NCBI RefSeq assembly: GCF_001194135.2
Contig: NC_069006.1
Location: forward strand, 23,910,281-23,957,520
Direction: 5' to 3'
Origin: Octopus bimaculoides
Lineage: Eukaryota
DNA: 47,240 nt
A model generated the notes under the pieces. It was not told the DNA's origin. It worked only from the letters and a program-made list of their open reading frames with translations, and did not search any database. Made by a program: the position numbers and the translations under genes. Below are positions 46,984 through 47,240 of this stretch, piece by piece (the stretch's first letter is position 1; each line of letters begins with the position of its first letter).

Positions 46984-47240
46984 ATATTTCAGTATAAAGA
47001 ATTCATTAAGATGCTTAAATCAAAATTTCTTTACACATCATTCAGGAACAGATATAACATCAGAAAAAATACATTCCGTTTAAAAATTTTGTTCGTTTTT
47101 TGTAATTGTGAAATTTTTTCGCCATGAACGGTTTGTGTTTTTAAACGGAATGTATTTTTTCTGATGTTATATCTGTTCCTGAATGATGTGTAAAGAAACC
47201 TTTATTTAAGCATCTTAATGAATTCTTTATACTGAAATAT
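46984..47240. repeat. Near-perfect palindrome with ~103-bp arms and ~50-bp loop, running off the window end
   Basis: 46984-47086 (ATATTTCAGTATAAAGAATTCATTAAGATGCTTAAAT...CATTCCGTTTAAAAA) is the reverse complement of 47138-47240, with differences confined to one short patch. Confidence 0.92.

Overview
AT-rich, repeat-dense eukaryotic non-coding DNA from a gapped draft assembly. Several N gaps abut (TA)n microsatellites. The repeat content (tRNA-headed SINEs, RTE LINE tails, TTAA-ended MITEs, abundant AT/AC/AG microsatellites) looks like a cephalopod, probably Octopus; this is from recall, not a database search. I recognise no host protein-coding gene, RNA gene or CRISPR array. Most six-frame ORFs are microsatellite, low-complexity or N-gap artefacts. 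The only recognisable coding sequence belongs to LINE remnants: a young 5'-truncated RTE at 45.7-46.5 kb, an old RTE end at 13.1 kb, and CR1/L2-group ends at 29.1 and 34.4 kb. There are at least five dispersed retroposon families and four MITE types. Less expected observations are long foldback palindromes, a GC-rich 305-bp insertion with an 8-bp target duplication, and a diverged ~115-bp tandem array. There is also a canonical CTCF-like motif and a CpG-richer promoter-like zone (36-41.7 kb) with an RFX X-box next to an E-box. Several minus-strand exon candidates could belong to one long-intron gene. I found no convincing new multi-gene system; the findings are leads, not discoveries. Repeat boundaries were read by eye and are approximate to about 10-20 bp unless exact motifs are quoted.
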